Shown piece after piece: positions 1 to 9,146 of a stretch of 64,000 nt of DNA. The notes under the pieces were generated by a model. It did no database searches. It was not told where the DNA came from and was given only the letters and a program-made list of their open reading frames with translations. The stretch's first letter is position 1, and each line of letters begins with the position of its first letter. The stretch lies in assembly GCA_948468595.1 (NCBI GenBank), contig CAOKIU010000003.1, forward strand, positions 11,213 to 75,212, written 5' to 3'. Made by a program: the position numbers and the translations under genes. This DNA comes from an uncultured Christensenella sp. Its GTDB lineage: Bacteria; Bacillota; Clostridia; Christensenellales; UBA1750.

Positions 1-421
1 CACCATCCTTTTTTAGATTTTTCTGGATTCTCTCCAAGTAGTCCTCCAGCGCGTGGATTTCCTGCGCGCTGAACCCCTCAAGGGCGCGCTCCTCCGCTTG
101 GGTGAACACCCGCTGGACGTACCGCTGCTTTTCGCGCCCCAGGTCGGTAAGGTACACCCGCAGCGCGCGCCGGTCGCCCTTGACGCTCTCGCGCCTGACC
201 AGGCCCTGCTCCTCCATGCCCACAAGCGCGGCGGTGATGGAGGCCGGGTCAAAGTGCGACCGGTCGGCCAGCTCCCGCTGGATGCACCCGTCGTTTTCCG
301 AAAGGTAATCCAGGATCCACGGCTGCGAGCGGGTGATTCCCTCCCTGGCAAACGCCGCGGATGTGATGCGCAGGTGCAGATGCGCCACATGGCCCATCAA
401 CAGCAATCGATAATGCTTCAT
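1..421 (-). CDS. MarR family transcriptional regulator (C-terminal end runs off the window start)
   Basis: Absent from the ORF track because it has no stop inside the window. Reverse translation from ATG at 421 gives MKHYRLLLMGHVAHLHLRITSAAFAREGITRSQPWILDYLSENDGCIQRELADRSHFDPASITAALVGMEEQGLVRRESVKGDRRALRVYLTDLGREKQRYVQRVF..., a typical MarR winged-helix pattern. Confidence 0.8.
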   Translation of the reverse strand, partial: MKHYRLLLMGHVAHLHLRITSAAFAREGITRSQPWILDYLSENDGCIQRELADRSHFDPASITAALVGMEEQGLVRRESVKGDRRALRVYLTDLGREKQRYVQRVFTQAEERALEGFSAQEIHALEDYLERIQKNLKKDG

Positions 422-450
422 CCCATCGTCCCCTTCATTGGAGTGCTAAC

Positions 451-466
451 AATTGGGAATCCAATT
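451..466. promoter_or_regulatory. Candidate operator: inverted repeat AATTGG-N4-CCAATT in the MarR 5' leader
   Basis: Sequence aattgggaatccaatt lies between the predicted MarR promoter and its ATG. MarR proteins commonly autoregulate through palindromes in this position. Confidence 0.3.
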
Positions 467-478
467 ATTTCAGCATTC

Positions 479-507
479 AGTATATTCCGCTCCCCTTTTT
501 TTGTCAA
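479..507 (-). promoter_or_regulatory. Sigma-A-like promoter for the MarR gene
   Basis: Minus strand reads TTGACA - 17 nt - TATACT. Confidence 0.5.
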
Positions 508-536
508 CAAAAATGGGCGCGAATGCGGTCGCGCCC
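508..536 (-). terminator. Rho-independent terminator after ktrA
   Basis: Hairpin GGGCGCGA-loop-TCGCGCCC, followed on the minus strand by ATTTTTG, about 28 nt past the ktrA stop. Confidence 0.6.
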
Positions 537-563
537 GTGTTAATCTTTTGTTTCACGCTCGGG

Positions 564-1223
564 TTACTTGCCGGCGAAATCCTCCAGCTTGTTGATGCTG
601 GCATTGGGGCCGATGGCCACCAGCACGTCCCGGCTCTCCAGCACGTCGATGCCCTGCGGGGCGACGGAAATATCGCCGTTGGGGTGGCGGATGGCCATGA
701 CGTTGATGCCGTAGCGCACGCGCAGGTTGAGCTCCTTCATGGTCTGGCCCTCCCACTGGCGCGGGACGGCGATCTCCACCAAGGAGTAATCCGGGGAGAG
801 CTCGATAAAGTCCAAGATGTTGGTGGAAACGAGGTTGTAGGCCGTGCGCGCGCCCATATCGCGCTCGGGAAATACCACCTTGTCGGCGCCGACGCGCTGA
901 AGCACCTTGGCGTGCAGCTCGCTCTTGGCCTTGGTCAGGACGTATTTTACGCCCAACTCCTTGCAGAGCATCGTAACCAGAATGCTGGCCTGAATGTCCG
1001 AGCCGATGGAAACCACCGCCACGTCGAAGTTGCGCAGGCCCAGGGACCCCAGCTCCGCCTCGTCGGTGGCGTCCGCGCACACCGCGTGCGTGACAAAATC
1101 GGCGATTTCGTCGATGCGCTCGACGTTGCGGTCAATGGCCAGCACCTCGTGCCCCATCTTGTACAGCTCCGTGGCCACCGACACGCCAAAGCGGCCCAAG
1201 CCGATTACGACAAACTGCTTCAT
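564..1223 (-). CDS. ktrA: Potassium uptake protein KtrA/TrkA, NAD-binding peripheral subunit
   Basis: 219 aa. N-terminal Rossmann motif VVIGLGRFG, two RCK-type halves, and an adjacent TrkH/KtrB gene. Confidence 0.9.
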   Translation of the reverse strand: MKQFVVIGLGRFGVSVATELYKMGHEVLAIDRNVERIDEIADFVTHAVCADATDEAELGSLGLRNFDVAVVSIGSDIQASILVTMLCKELGVKYVLTKAKSELHAKVLQRVGADKVVFPERDMGARTAYNLVSTNILDFIELSPDYSLVEIAVPRQWEGQTMKELNLRVRYGINVMAIRHPNGDISVAPQGIDVLESRDVLVAIGPNASINKLEDFAGK

Positions 1224-1306
1224 TCCACTTCTCCTCCCGCGCGTCCCCTCCCTTGAGGAGGCGCGGCGCGCATTCTTCCCATTTGACAGGTCTGATTCGA
1301 CGATCG

Positions 1307-1972
1307 CTATTCCTCTGCGCTTGCGGAAAACGTCTCCAAATCGACGGTGAACGCCTTTGCCTGGCCCTCTTCCGCGGCCCCGCCATCCAGATAGACGACC
1401 GCTTTCCCATCGCTGAGCTCGATCCTAGACGCCCAGTAGTAGTCCGGATCAAAGGTCTCGATCCGCTTCCGCGTTGTCCCATCGTAGCCCACCGCATAGA
1501 AATCCGGCCCGTAGTAGCCGCAAAGGTAGATGGCGTCGTCTCCAAAAGCGCTCGCCGTACTGGCGCCGCCAAAGTCGTCGTTCCTCCAAAGGACCTCGCC
1601 CGTGCGCGCGTCCAGGGACACCACCGCCCCGTCTTCCACAAGGTAATACCCGTCCGCTTTCCAGCCGATTTCGCCGGTCCTGTCCAGTTCCGTCATTTCG
1701 TACTCCGGCGTTTTGTAGCTCCACAGGACGTCCCCGGCATCGGTATAGGCCGTGACCGTGGCCTGCTCCAATTGCGCCTCATCGCCTTGGTTCCAGGCGG
1801 TTTCACGTTGGAAGGCAATTCTGCTCACCGCCGGCTTAGGCGCGGGCGTCTCCTCAACGCCGGCAAGCGTTGGGCTGGGTTCCTTTCCCGGCGCGGTTGG
1901 CGCCGCGCAGGCTGCCAGCAGCGTCAAGGCCGCCAGCAGCATAACCATGATGATCCGCTTTTTCCTCTTCAT
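1307..1972 (-). CDS. Lipoprotein with PQQ/beta-propeller-like repeats, function unknown
   Basis: Signal peptide plus lipobox (MVMLLAALTLLAAC). Repeated D-x-x-G-x-V-L-W motifs (DAGDVLWSY, ARTGEVLWRN). Sits between ktrB and ktrA on the same strand. Confidence 0.75.
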   Translation of the reverse strand: MKRKKRIIMVMLLAALTLLAACAAPTAPGKEPSPTLAGVEETPAPKPAVSRIAFQRETAWNQGDEAQLEQATVTAYTDAGDVLWSYKTPEYEMTELDRTGEIGWKADGYYLVEDGAVVSLDARTGEVLWRNDDFGGASTASAFGDDAIYLCGYYGPDFYAVGYDGTTRKRIETFDPDYYWASRIELSDGKAVVYLDGGAAEEGQAKAFTVDLETFSASAEE

Positions 1973-1997
1973 TTCCTCTCTCCCTCGTTTCGCCGGC

Positions 1998-3410
1998 TCA
2001 GCCGATCATGACCTTGCCCTCGGGGTACACCAGGTGATTCTGCCCCTTGGAGTGCTTGCGGGTCAGGCCGAAGGCGATGGTCATCAACCCCACGCGGCCG
2101 ATGAACATCACCACGCTCATCACCAGCTCGGCCGGGGGCGTCAGCTCCGCGGTGACGCCGATGGTCAGGCCCACCGTGCCAAAGGCGGAGATTACCTCGT
2201 AGAGAATGTTGCTGGAATTCACCACCGCAGAGGGCGGCAACAGCAGCGAGAGCGCCAGGTGCGACAGGATGATCAGCGACAGCGCCAGCGTAAAGAGCAC
2301 GACGGCGCGGTTGACCAGGCTGTGGTTGATGGTGCGGCGAAAGACCACGATCTTATCCCGGCCGCGCAGGACGTTGTAGATGAGCAGGAAGAATATGCCA
2401 AAGGTGGTGGTCTTCAACCCGCCGCCGGTGGAGGCGGGCGACGCGCCGATGAACATCAAAATGAGCGTCAGCATCAGCGAGGGGGAGGTAAGGTCCGCCT
2501 GGTTGATGGTGTTAAACCCCGCCGTGCGCGTGGTGACGGACTGAAACAGGGCGGCAATGGGCCGCATGTACGGGGAAAGCGCGGGGTCGGCCAGGGTTTT
2601 TGCGTTGCCCTGCTCCAGCACAAAGAAAAGCACCGCGCCCGCCGCGGTGAGAATGCCGCTGATCACCAGGACGAGCTTGGAGTGCAGGGTGAGGCGCGAA
2701 AAGCGCATCTGATTTTTTTGCAGATCAAAAAGGACGGAAAAGCCCAGACCCCCAAGGGCGATCAGCGCCATGACCGTGAGCTGCACCACGGGGTCGTTTT
2801 TATACAGGGGGAAGCCGCCCACCAGGTCAAACCCCGCGTTGCAAAAGGCGGAAACCGAGTGGAAGACGGAATACCACATCCCGTGCAGCACGCCGTGCCG
2901 GGGAATCATGCGGGTCATCAGCAGCACCGCGCCGATGCCCTCGATGGACAGGGCCAGCGTGACGATGCGCAGCGTCAGGGCGACCATGCCCTGCAAGCCG
3001 TCCTCATTGAGGCTGTTGGAGATGACCAGCCGCTCCGACAGAGTGATGCGCCGCCCCAGGAAGATCAGGATGATGGTGCCAAAGGTCATGAAGCCCAGAC
3101 CGCCAACCTGGATGAGGAGGAGCAGAACCATCTGCCCGAAAAAGGTGAGGTCGCGGCCCGCGTCGATGACGGATAGCCCGGTGACGCACACCGCCGATGT
3201 GGCGGTAAAGAGCGCGTCGACGGGGCGCAGGCGGCCCGCCGTGCTGGCCACGGGAAGCCCCAGCAGGATGGCGCCCACGACAATCAGCAGGAAAAAGCCG
3301 ATCATCAGCACCCTGGCGGGCGAGGTGACGGCCTTTTTGACCTTCAGGCGCGCCAGGGAATTGGGCCTTATGGCCGCCTTCAGCCACGTTTTGAGACTGA
3401 TTTTTTTCAT
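1998..3410 (-). CDS. ktrB: Potassium transporter KtrB/TrkH family membrane subunit
   Basis: 470 aa polytopic protein. Repeated pore-loop-like segments (TAVCVTGLS, SAFCNAGF, TTRTAGFNT, SAFGTVGLT) typical of the TrkH/KtrB fourfold M1-P-M2 architecture. Confidence 0.9.
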   Translation of the reverse strand: MKKISLKTWLKAAIRPNSLARLKVKKAVTSPARVLMIGFFLLIVVGAILLGLPVASTAGRLRPVDALFTATSAVCVTGLSVIDAGRDLTFFGQMVLLLLIQVGGLGFMTFGTIILIFLGRRITLSERLVISNSLNEDGLQGMVALTLRIVTLALSIEGIGAVLLMTRMIPRHGVLHGMWYSVFHSVSAFCNAGFDLVGGFPLYKNDPVVQLTVMALIALGGLGFSVLFDLQKNQMRFSRLTLHSKLVLVISGILTAAGAVLFFVLEQGNAKTLADPALSPYMRPIAALFQSVTTRTAGFNTINQADLTSPSLMLTLILMFIGASPASTGGGLKTTTFGIFFLLIYNVLRGRDKIVVFRRTINHSLVNRAVVLFTLALSLIILSHLALSLLLPPSAVVNSSNILYEVISAFGTVGLTIGVTAELTPPAELVMSVVMFIGRVGLMTIAFGLTRKHSKGQNHLVYPEGKVMIG

Positions 3411-3462
3411 TGTTTTCCTTTACTCCGCGTTTGACGCCTCACCCCTGAGGCGATATAGGGCT

Positions 3463-3491
3463 ATTGTACCCCTTACCGGGGAAAACGTCAA
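3463..3491 (-). promoter_or_regulatory. Sigma-A-like promoter for the ktrB operon
   Basis: Minus strand reads TTGACG - 17 nt - TACAAT, about 55 nt upstream of the ktrB ATG. Confidence 0.55.
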
Positions 3492-3565
3492 TTCCCCATT
3501 GCCAAGTGCCCTTTCCCCTCTTTGGGTTGTCGGCCCGAAACCTTGGCGCTTGCCCCAATGGCCGC

Positions 3566-3594
3566 TTGAAGCCGAAAATCGGTTATGCTATAAT
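3566..3594 (+). promoter_or_regulatory. Sigma-A-like promoter for the small membrane protein gene
   Basis: TTGAAG - 17 nt - TATAAT, about 40 nt upstream of ATG 3634. Confidence 0.55.
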
Positions 3595-3633
3595 CTGAGC
3601 GTCAAATCGAGTTTGAATGTGGAGAGGCGCGCA

Positions 3634-3933
3634 ATGGGAGTCATGTTGGGGCTGGGTATCTTTTATACGCTATACGGCATTGCCGGTGTCTTGGGATTCC
3701 AGGTCATAAACGAGAAATATAAAAATCACGATTGGACCGCAAACTATATCCGTTATCGCGGCATATCTTGGCTCATGTTGGGAATTCCGTGGCTCATTTT
3801 ATATCTGCTGGCCTATGGCAGAGACGTAAACAGGCTTGTCCTGGGTTTGTTGATTGTGCTGTGCGCAATCCCCTCCGTCGCGTATACCCTTGTCAACGAC
3901 CGAAAGTTTGCGCGCAGGCTAAAGGAAAAATAA
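3634..3933 (+). CDS. Small membrane protein (99 aa), function unknown
   Basis: In-frame ATG inside track ORF 2770..3933, preceded by GGAGAGG. Three hydrophobic helices (MGVMLGLGIFYTLYGIAGVLGF...). Has its own promoter and terminator and visibly lower GC than its neighbours. Confidence 0.6.
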   Translation: MGVMLGLGIFYTLYGIAGVLGFQVINEKYKNHDWTANYIRYRGISWLMLGIPWLILYLLAYGRDVNRLVLGLLIVLCAIPSVAYTLVNDRKFARRLKEK

Positions 3934-3942
3934 AGGCGCCGC

Positions 3943-3998
3943 TTCCCATTTGCCGGCAGCTATCCGCAATGGATAACCGCCGGCAAATGGGAATTTTT
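3943..3998 (+). terminator. Rho-independent terminator
   Basis: TTCCCATTTGCCGG ... CCGGCAAATGGGAA (14-bp stem) followed by TTTTT. Confidence 0.7.
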
Positions 3999-4040
3999 AC
4001 ATGAGTCAATCCAAACGGCCGTCGGGTCTAAAAAAGGGCG

Positions 4041-4802
4041 TCAAGCGCCCTTCTTCCCGCGCATTTTCCGCAAAAGGAGCGCCCCGGCCAAGGCAAAGAC
4101 CCCCATGCTGATCCACTGCGAGGTGGAGAGCCCAAGGGCGCTGCCGCGAATCTCATCGCCCCGAAAAAACTCCAGAACGAACCGGGCTGCCGAATAGAGC
4201 AGCAAGTACAGATGCAGCGCCAGGCCGCGCAGGCGGCTTTTTTTCGCGCAACAAACCAGCGCAATGGCGAGGGCGAGGTTGAGCGCCGCCTCCAGGAGCT
4301 GAAGCGGAAACACCGGCTGCGCCGCCCCGGGGAAGGTCACCGCGCACCACGCGCCGCAGGGCAGGCCATAGCAGCAGCCCCCCAAAAAGCAGCCGACGCG
4401 GCCAAAGGCATGCCCGACCGGAATGGCGGGCACAACCGCATCGCAATACAGCGGGAACTCGCCGTCCGCGCCGGATATGCGCGCGCCGACCCAGGCCCCC
4501 AGGACGCCGCCGAGCAAGCCGCCGTAATACACCTGGCCGCCGCTGGCCAAATCGGAAAAATCGCCGCGGCTCAGCCGTGCAACCACCGCGCCCACGTCGC
4601 AGGAGGCGATCAGGTACAGCAACTTTGCGCCGAGCAGCCCAAAGGCCAGGGCACAGGCGACGATGACGATCAGGTTGTTGGCGTCCAGCCTGCTCCCGCG
4701 CGCCCTTGCAAGGGCGATCCAGCAGGAAACGAGAATGCCAAGGGCCATGCACAATCCATACGAGGGGATGGCCCTGCCCAACACGCAGACCCATGGATAC
4801 AT
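4041..4802 (-). CDS. lgt: Prolipoprotein diacylglyceryl transferase
   Basis: 253 aa polytopic protein. IPSYGLCMALGILV start, YYGGLLGGVLG, and HAFGRVGCFLGGCCYG (Lgt signature region). Confidence 0.85.
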   Translation of the reverse strand: MYPWVCVLGRAIPSYGLCMALGILVSCWIALARARGSRLDANNLIVIVACALAFGLLGAKLLYLIASCDVGAVVARLSRGDFSDLASGGQVYYGGLLGGVLGAWVGARISGADGEFPLYCDAVVPAIPVGHAFGRVGCFLGGCCYGLPCGAWCAVTFPGAAQPVFPLQLLEAALNLALAIALVCCAKKSRLRGLALHLYLLLYSAARFVLEFFRGDEIRGSALGLSTSQWISMGVFALAGALLLRKMRGKKGA

Positions 4803-4853
4803 CGCTTTCCCTCCCGTCAGCGCGCCGATCCCCGCCGCATCCGCCCGGCTCTT

Positions 4854-5162
4854 TTACTGCATGGCGCCCAGGGCGGCCAGACTGCCGATGCAGGCGATGC
4901 AGGCGATAAAGCCGATGACGCAGAGAATGAATCCAATGATGGAGCACACCATGCCGGCGGTGGCAATCCCGCGCTTTTCAGCGTTCTTGCGGTCCTGCGC
5001 GCCCAGAATGATGCCGATCAGGCCCAAAATGGCGCCAATCCACTTCGCGCTGGAGGTAAAGAGCCCGCAAATGATCGAAATAATGCCCAGAACCAGTGAT
5101 GCAATACCCATAACACATGCCCTCGCTCTCTTGATTATTGATCCGTAAAAATATTTTATCAT
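4854..5162 (-). CDS. Small membrane protein (DUF4190-like), function unknown
   Basis: Two hydrophobic hairpins (GIASLVLGIISIICGLF, GMVCSIIGFILCVIGFIACIAC). GGAGGG lies 5 nt before ATG 5162; an internal ATG (MGIASL...) is an alternative start. 51 nt upstream of lgt. Confidence 0.6.
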   Translation of the reverse strand: MIKYFYGSIIKRARACVMGIASLVLGIISIICGLFTSSAKWIGAILGLIGIILGAQDRKNAEKRGIATAGMVCSIIGFILCVIGFIACIACIGSLAALGAMQ

Positions 5163-5293
5163 CTGCGCCCTCCATTGTCTACATCATTCGCCATTTTTCT
5201 CCATTCGCCGCCTCGCCGCACTTTTTTCCAAAATTATGATTTTTTTGCATCGCCTGACATGGTTCCTTCGTCTTTATATAGTAACACTTGGAT

Positions 5294-5322
5294 TTGCAAA
5301 AGGCGCATCGATGTGATACACT
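5294..5322 (+). promoter_or_regulatory. Sigma-A-like promoter for the CotH operon
   Basis: TTGCAA - 17 nt - TACACT, about 48 nt upstream of ATG 5370. Confidence 0.4.
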
Positions 5323-5369
5323 TAACTTCGCTGAATCATGGCGTTTTTACCTTGGAAAGGATTGTTGAA

Positions 5370-8300
5370 ATGAAGCGCAGAGCATCCAATATTATCGTCC
5401 TTCTGCTCCTGGTGGCGGTCATTGTGGGCGTCATTGTCTACGCCTCGGACAAGCAGCTCGCCCCCGGCTATGTGCCCGCGGGCGGCCAGGCCGATTCCTC
5501 GGGGCAGACCAACCTGCCCACCGGCGCGGCGGGCCTGGTGCTCTCCGAGCTCATGGTGGAAAACGATATGGCCGTGCGCGACGAGGACGGCGAGTACCCG
5601 CGCTGGGTGGAACTTTACAACTCCACCGGCGGGGAGCTGTCGCTTTCCGGCTATTCGCTCTCCGACCGCGAGGACGACGCGACCAAGTACCCCCTCCCCG
5701 CCATCAAAATGGCGGCGGGAGAGTACCGGGTGGTCTTCCTCTCGGGCAAAAACCGCGCCAGCAATGCGGGCAACCTGCACGCGAGCTTTAAACTCAACGC
5801 ATCCGAGACGCTCTATCTGTTCTCGGGATCAACGGCGGTGGACTCCGTCTCCGGCGCGTCCACGCAGTCCAACGTTTCCAAAATTCGGACCGGCTCCTCC
5901 TGGGAGGAGACGGCGCTATACTCCCCCGGCTTTGCCAACACGCAGCAGGGGCATGAGCAATACACGGCGCAGTTTGACAAGCGCGGCGAGAGCGCCCTTA
6001 AGATCAACGAGGTGCAGTCCTCCAACGCCACGTGCATCAAGGACGAGCAGGGGCTCTACCCCGATTGGATCGAACTGGTCAACACCGGCTCCTCCGCCAT
6101 CGACCTTACGGGCTACGGCCTTTCGGATGACGCGGATAAGCCCATGCGCTGGGTCTTCCCCTCGGGCAGCATCGGCCCGGGCGAGCGCGTGATCGTCTTT
6201 GCCGACAGCACCAACAACCTGGAAAGCGAGATCCTGCACACGAACTTCTCCATTTCCTCGGGCGGGGAGACGATCTCCCTCTATTCTCCCGAGGGGTATT
6301 TGCTCGACCGCGTCACCCTGCCGGAGATGCAGACGGATACTTCCTATGCCCGCATCCCCGACGGCACGGGGGACTTCACCGTTCAGGGCAATCCCACGCC
6401 CAACATGGAAAACACGTTGGAGAGCCAGACGGCGCTCTCCAACCGTTTTTTTCAGGAGAACAACCAGGGAATTTACATCTCCGAGGTGATGACCTCCAAC
6501 AGCGCGGCGCTGGAGGTGGGCGGCCAGTCGCCCGACTGGGTGGAGATCACCAACGCCACCGGCGGCAGCGTGAACCTTGGCGGCTACAGCCTCTCCAACA
6601 AGCCCACGGCCACGGCGCGATACCTCTTTCCGAACAAGGAGCTTGCCCCGGGCGAGAGCATGCTGGTGTATCTGACCGGCGTGGAAGCGCCGCTGGAAGG
6701 GGAAAACAAGGCCCTCTCCGCCTCCTTTAAGGGGTCCAGCGCCGGTGAAATGCTCTATTTGTTCGATCCCAACCGGACCTGCGTTGACAAGGTGAGCGTC
6801 CCGGCGCTGTCCAGCGACGTTTCCTACGGCAGGGACGAGGGCCGCACCGGCTTTTTTTATTATGCCGAGTCCACCCCGGGCAAGCCCAACACCACCACGG
6901 CGTACCTGGGCCTTTGCCAGGAGCCGTCCTTCTCCGACGAGGGCGGCGTCAAGGCGGGGGATGTGAACCTGACCCTCACCGCGCCCGATGGCGCGACCAT
7001 CTACTACACCACCGATAGCTCCACGCCCACGACCGCGTCCCAGGTCTACTCCGGGCCGCTGTCCATCAGCAAAAACACCGTCGTGCGCGCCATCGCGGTC
7101 AGGGATGGGTATTTGACCTCCACCACCGCCACGCGCACCTTCATCACCGACAGCACGCACACCGTGCGCGTGGTATCGCTGGTGACGGACGACAAGTACC
7201 TCTTCTCCGAATCCATGGGCATGTACGCAAAGGGCCCTGGGTATCAGGAAACCTTCCCGCACGGCAGCCCGGGAAAGGGCGCGAACTTCTGGATGGACTG
7301 GGAGTACCCGGTGCATGTGGAAGTCTGGGAGCCGGACGGCACCCGCTTAATCGAGCAGGACGGCTCCTTTAAGCTCAACGGACAGTATTCCAGGGCTTCG
7401 GATCAAAAGTCGTTCGCGGTGTACGCGCGCAGCGAATACGGCGACGAGGGACGCTTCAACGCGCCGCTCTTTTCGGGCCGGGACTACACGGACTACAAGT
7501 CCTTTGTGCTCCGGGGCACCGGGCAGGACAACAACCGCGCCAGGATGCGCGACGCCTTTATCACCAGCACGCTCAACGGCCAAAATGTGATGTACCAGGA
7601 GACCGAGGTTTGCGTGCTGTACCTAAACGGCGAATACTGGGGACACTACAACATGCGCGAGCGCGTGAACAAGTGGTCCATCGCGCAGTGGGAGAATGTC
7701 ACCGACGAGGACGTCATCAACAACATCGACCTGCTCAAGGGCAATGGCAACAGCGCGGCGCGCACGCTCAACGGCAGCAACAAGGAGTACCGCGAGCTGA
7801 TCGACTACTGCAAGAACAACAGCCTCAAGAGCGCGGAAAAGCTCAAGTACGTCACCGACCGGGTGGACGTTGAAAACTACTTCGATTATCAGATCGCCGA
7901 GATCTTCTGGGCGAATTCCGATAATGGAAACATCAAATACTACAAGGTGCCGGGCGGCAAGTGGAAGTGGATTCTCTACGACATGGACTGGGCGATGAAC
8001 AGCTCCAACAACATGCCGGTATCGTGGAATACGTTCAATCACGTCTTTGATCCTCGGGGCACGGGCGTGGGCGATGCGTTTGAGACGACGCTCTCCACCG
8101 CGCTGCTGGCCAACGACGACATGCGCGAGCTGTTTCTCAGCCGGCTCTCCTATTACATGAAGAACGTCTACACCGAGGAGAAGATGCTCTCCGCCATCGA
8201 CAAGATGTACGCCGCCATGCAGCCCGAGATGGAGGCGCACTACAAAAAGTGGCCGGACCACGGCTCGGTGCAATCGTGGGAGCGCAATGTTGATCGCCTG

Positions 8301-8396
8301 CGCACGTGGGTCAAGCAGCGGCCGCAATACGTGATCTCCGGCGCGAAGGAGTACTTTGGCCTCTCCGACAGCGAGGTCAGCCGGCTTTTCGACTAA
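5370..8396 (+). CDS. Signal-anchored CotH kinase-like protein with three lamin-tail-like domains and a chitobiase-C-like module
   Basis: Track ORF 5175..8396 trimmed to ATG 5370 (MKRRASNIIVLLLLVAVIVGVIVYA is an N-terminal TM anchor). Three repeats of the type SE[LV]M..N...PDW[VI]E[LI].N......L.GY.LS. ATIYYTTDSSTPTTASQVYSGPLSISKNTVVRAIAV (hexosaminidase-C-like). C-terminal CotH-like region (YLNGEYWGHYNMRERV, ILYDMDWAM). Confidence 0.8.
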   Translation: MKRRASNIIVLLLLVAVIVGVIVYASDKQLAPGYVPAGGQADSSGQTNLPTGAAGLVLSELMVENDMAVRDEDGEYPRWVELYNSTGGELSLSGYSLSDREDDATKYPLPAIKMAAGEYRVVFLSGKNRASNAGNLHASFKLNASETLYLFSGSTAVDSVSGASTQSNVSKIRTGSSWEETALYSPGFANTQQGHEQYTAQFDKRGESALKINEVQSSNATCIKDEQGLYPDWIELVNTGSSAIDLTGYGLSDDADKPMRWVFPSGSIGPGERVIVFADSTNNLESEILHTNFSISSGGETISLYSPEGYLLDRVTLPEMQTDTSYARIPDGTGDFTVQGNPTPNMENTLESQTALSNRFFQENNQGIYISEVMTSNSAALEVGGQSPDWVEITNATGGSVNLGGYSLSNKPTATARYLFPNKELAPGESMLVYLTGVEAPLEGENKALSASFKGSSAGEMLYLFDPNRTCVDKVSVPALSSDVSYGRDEGRTGFFYYAESTPGKPNTTTAYLGLCQEPSFSDEGGVKAGDVNLTLTAPDGATIYYTTDSSTPTTASQVYSGPLSISKNTVVRAIAVRDGYLTSTTATRTFITDSTHTVRVVSLVTDDKYLFSESMGMYAKGPGYQETFPHGSPGKGANFWMDWEYPVHVEVWEPDGTRLIEQDGSFKLNGQYSRASDQKSFAVYARSEYGDEGRFNAPLFSGRDYTDYKSFVLRGTGQDNNRARMRDAFITSTLNGQNVMYQETEVCVLYLNGEYWGHYNMRERVNKWSIAQWENVTDEDVINNIDLLKGNGNSAARTLNGSNKEYRELIDYCKNNSLKSAEKLKYVTDRVDVENYFDYQIAEIFWANSDNGNIKYYKVPGGKWKWILYDMDWAMNSSNNMPVSWNTFNHVFDPRGTGVGDAFETTLSTALLANDDMRELFLSRLSYYMKNVYTEEKMLSAIDKMYAAMQPEMEAHYKKWPDHGSVQSWERNVDRLRTWVKQRPQYVISGAKEYFGLSDSEVSRLFD

Positions 8397-8414
8397 AAGT
8401 GAGGATTGAGGGAC

Positions 8415-9122
8415 ATGACGGCACAGCCAGCTCAGCTGCCGCTGAGGCACGAGCAAAAATACTACATCAGCAATGGGGATGCGTACTACCTGGCCACCTT
8501 GCTCAAGCACACCATGCAAACGGACAAGCACGCGGACGCCAACGGCGAATACCACATTCGCTCGCTCTACTTTGACGACTGCTTTAACTCCGCCATGAGC
8601 GACAAGCTGGACGGCGTGATGCACCGCCACAAGTACCGCATCCGCATTTACAACTTCTCCGACCGCATCATCCGCCTGGAGCGCAAGAGCAAGCGGGGCG
8701 ACTACATCAGCAAGCTCTCCTGCGCAATCTCGCGGGACCTGGCCGAGCAGATCATCGCGGGGGACACCTATGGGCTGGAGACGCTGAAGCACCCGCTGCT
8801 CAAGGATGTTTACCGCATGATGACCACGCGCCTTTTGCGGCCCGCGGTGGTTGTGGACTACGTGCGCCAGGCATTCATCCACCCCTGCGAGGAGACGCGC
8901 GTGACGCTGGATAAGCAGCTGCGCACAGGGTATCTATCCCAGGATATGTTCAACCCCGATCTCCCCACCTACCCCTGCCTGGATCAGAACCAGACGATTC
9001 TGGAGATCAAGTACAACCGCCGGTTTCCGGAGTTCATTCTGCCCATCACGTCCTCAATTCCGGCGCAGCGCAGCGCCGTATCCAAATACACGCTCTGCCG
9101 CCGGTATGAGTTCAACCTGTAA
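8415..9122 (+). CDS. VTC domain (polyphosphate polymerase / triphosphate-tunnel-like) protein
   Basis: ATG 8415 (the track ORF begins at an upstream TTG). RHEQKYYI, HIRSLYFDD, YRIRIY, IRLERKSKRG and ILEIKY blocks fit the VTC tunnel fold. No TM segment. 18 nt after the CotH stop. Confidence 0.75.
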   Translation: MTAQPAQLPLRHEQKYYISNGDAYYLATLLKHTMQTDKHADANGEYHIRSLYFDDCFNSAMSDKLDGVMHRHKYRIRIYNFSDRIIRLERKSKRGDYISKLSCAISRDLAEQIIAGDTYGLETLKHPLLKDVYRMMTTRLLRPAVVVDYVRQAFIHPCEETRVTLDKQLRTGYLSQDMFNPDLPTYPCLDQNQTILEIKYNRRFPEFILPITSSIPAQRSAVSKYTLCRRYEFNL

Positions 9123-9146
9123 AATAATGGAGGAGGCATCATTTCC

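Noticed and set aside
1752-3176. Long shadow ORFs antisense to recognisable genes: 1752..3176+, 7623..8882-, 14258..16456+, 19422..21455+, 24514..26508+, 29344..31470-, 40910..43495+, 47326..48939+, 48943..51030+, 57644..59221+ and many shorter ones.
   Set aside because: Their translations are Arg/Ala/Gly/His/Pro-rich low-complexity strings without motifs or RBS. Each fully overlaps a strongly recognisable gene on the other strand. This is the expected artefact of about 65% GC DNA.
3411-3462. A c-di-AMP (ydaO-type) riboswitch upstream of ktrB, as found upstream of ktrAB in B. subtilis.
   Set aside because: The best promoter leaves a leader of only about 55 nt with a single 7-bp hairpin. I could not recognise the conserved ydaO core segments, and a covariance-model scan would be needed. 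Not supported by what I can see.
5175-5369. The upstream 65 codons of the CotH ORF (TTG 5175), and similar upstream extensions in the track (recA, polC, ribF, rbfA, rimP, aconitase, rpsO, M16, MBL).
   Set aside because: The extensions lack an RBS, run through promoter-like AT-rich DNA or neighbouring genes, and are non-homologous. Internal starts with GGAGG-type RBS and family-typical N-termini were chosen instead.
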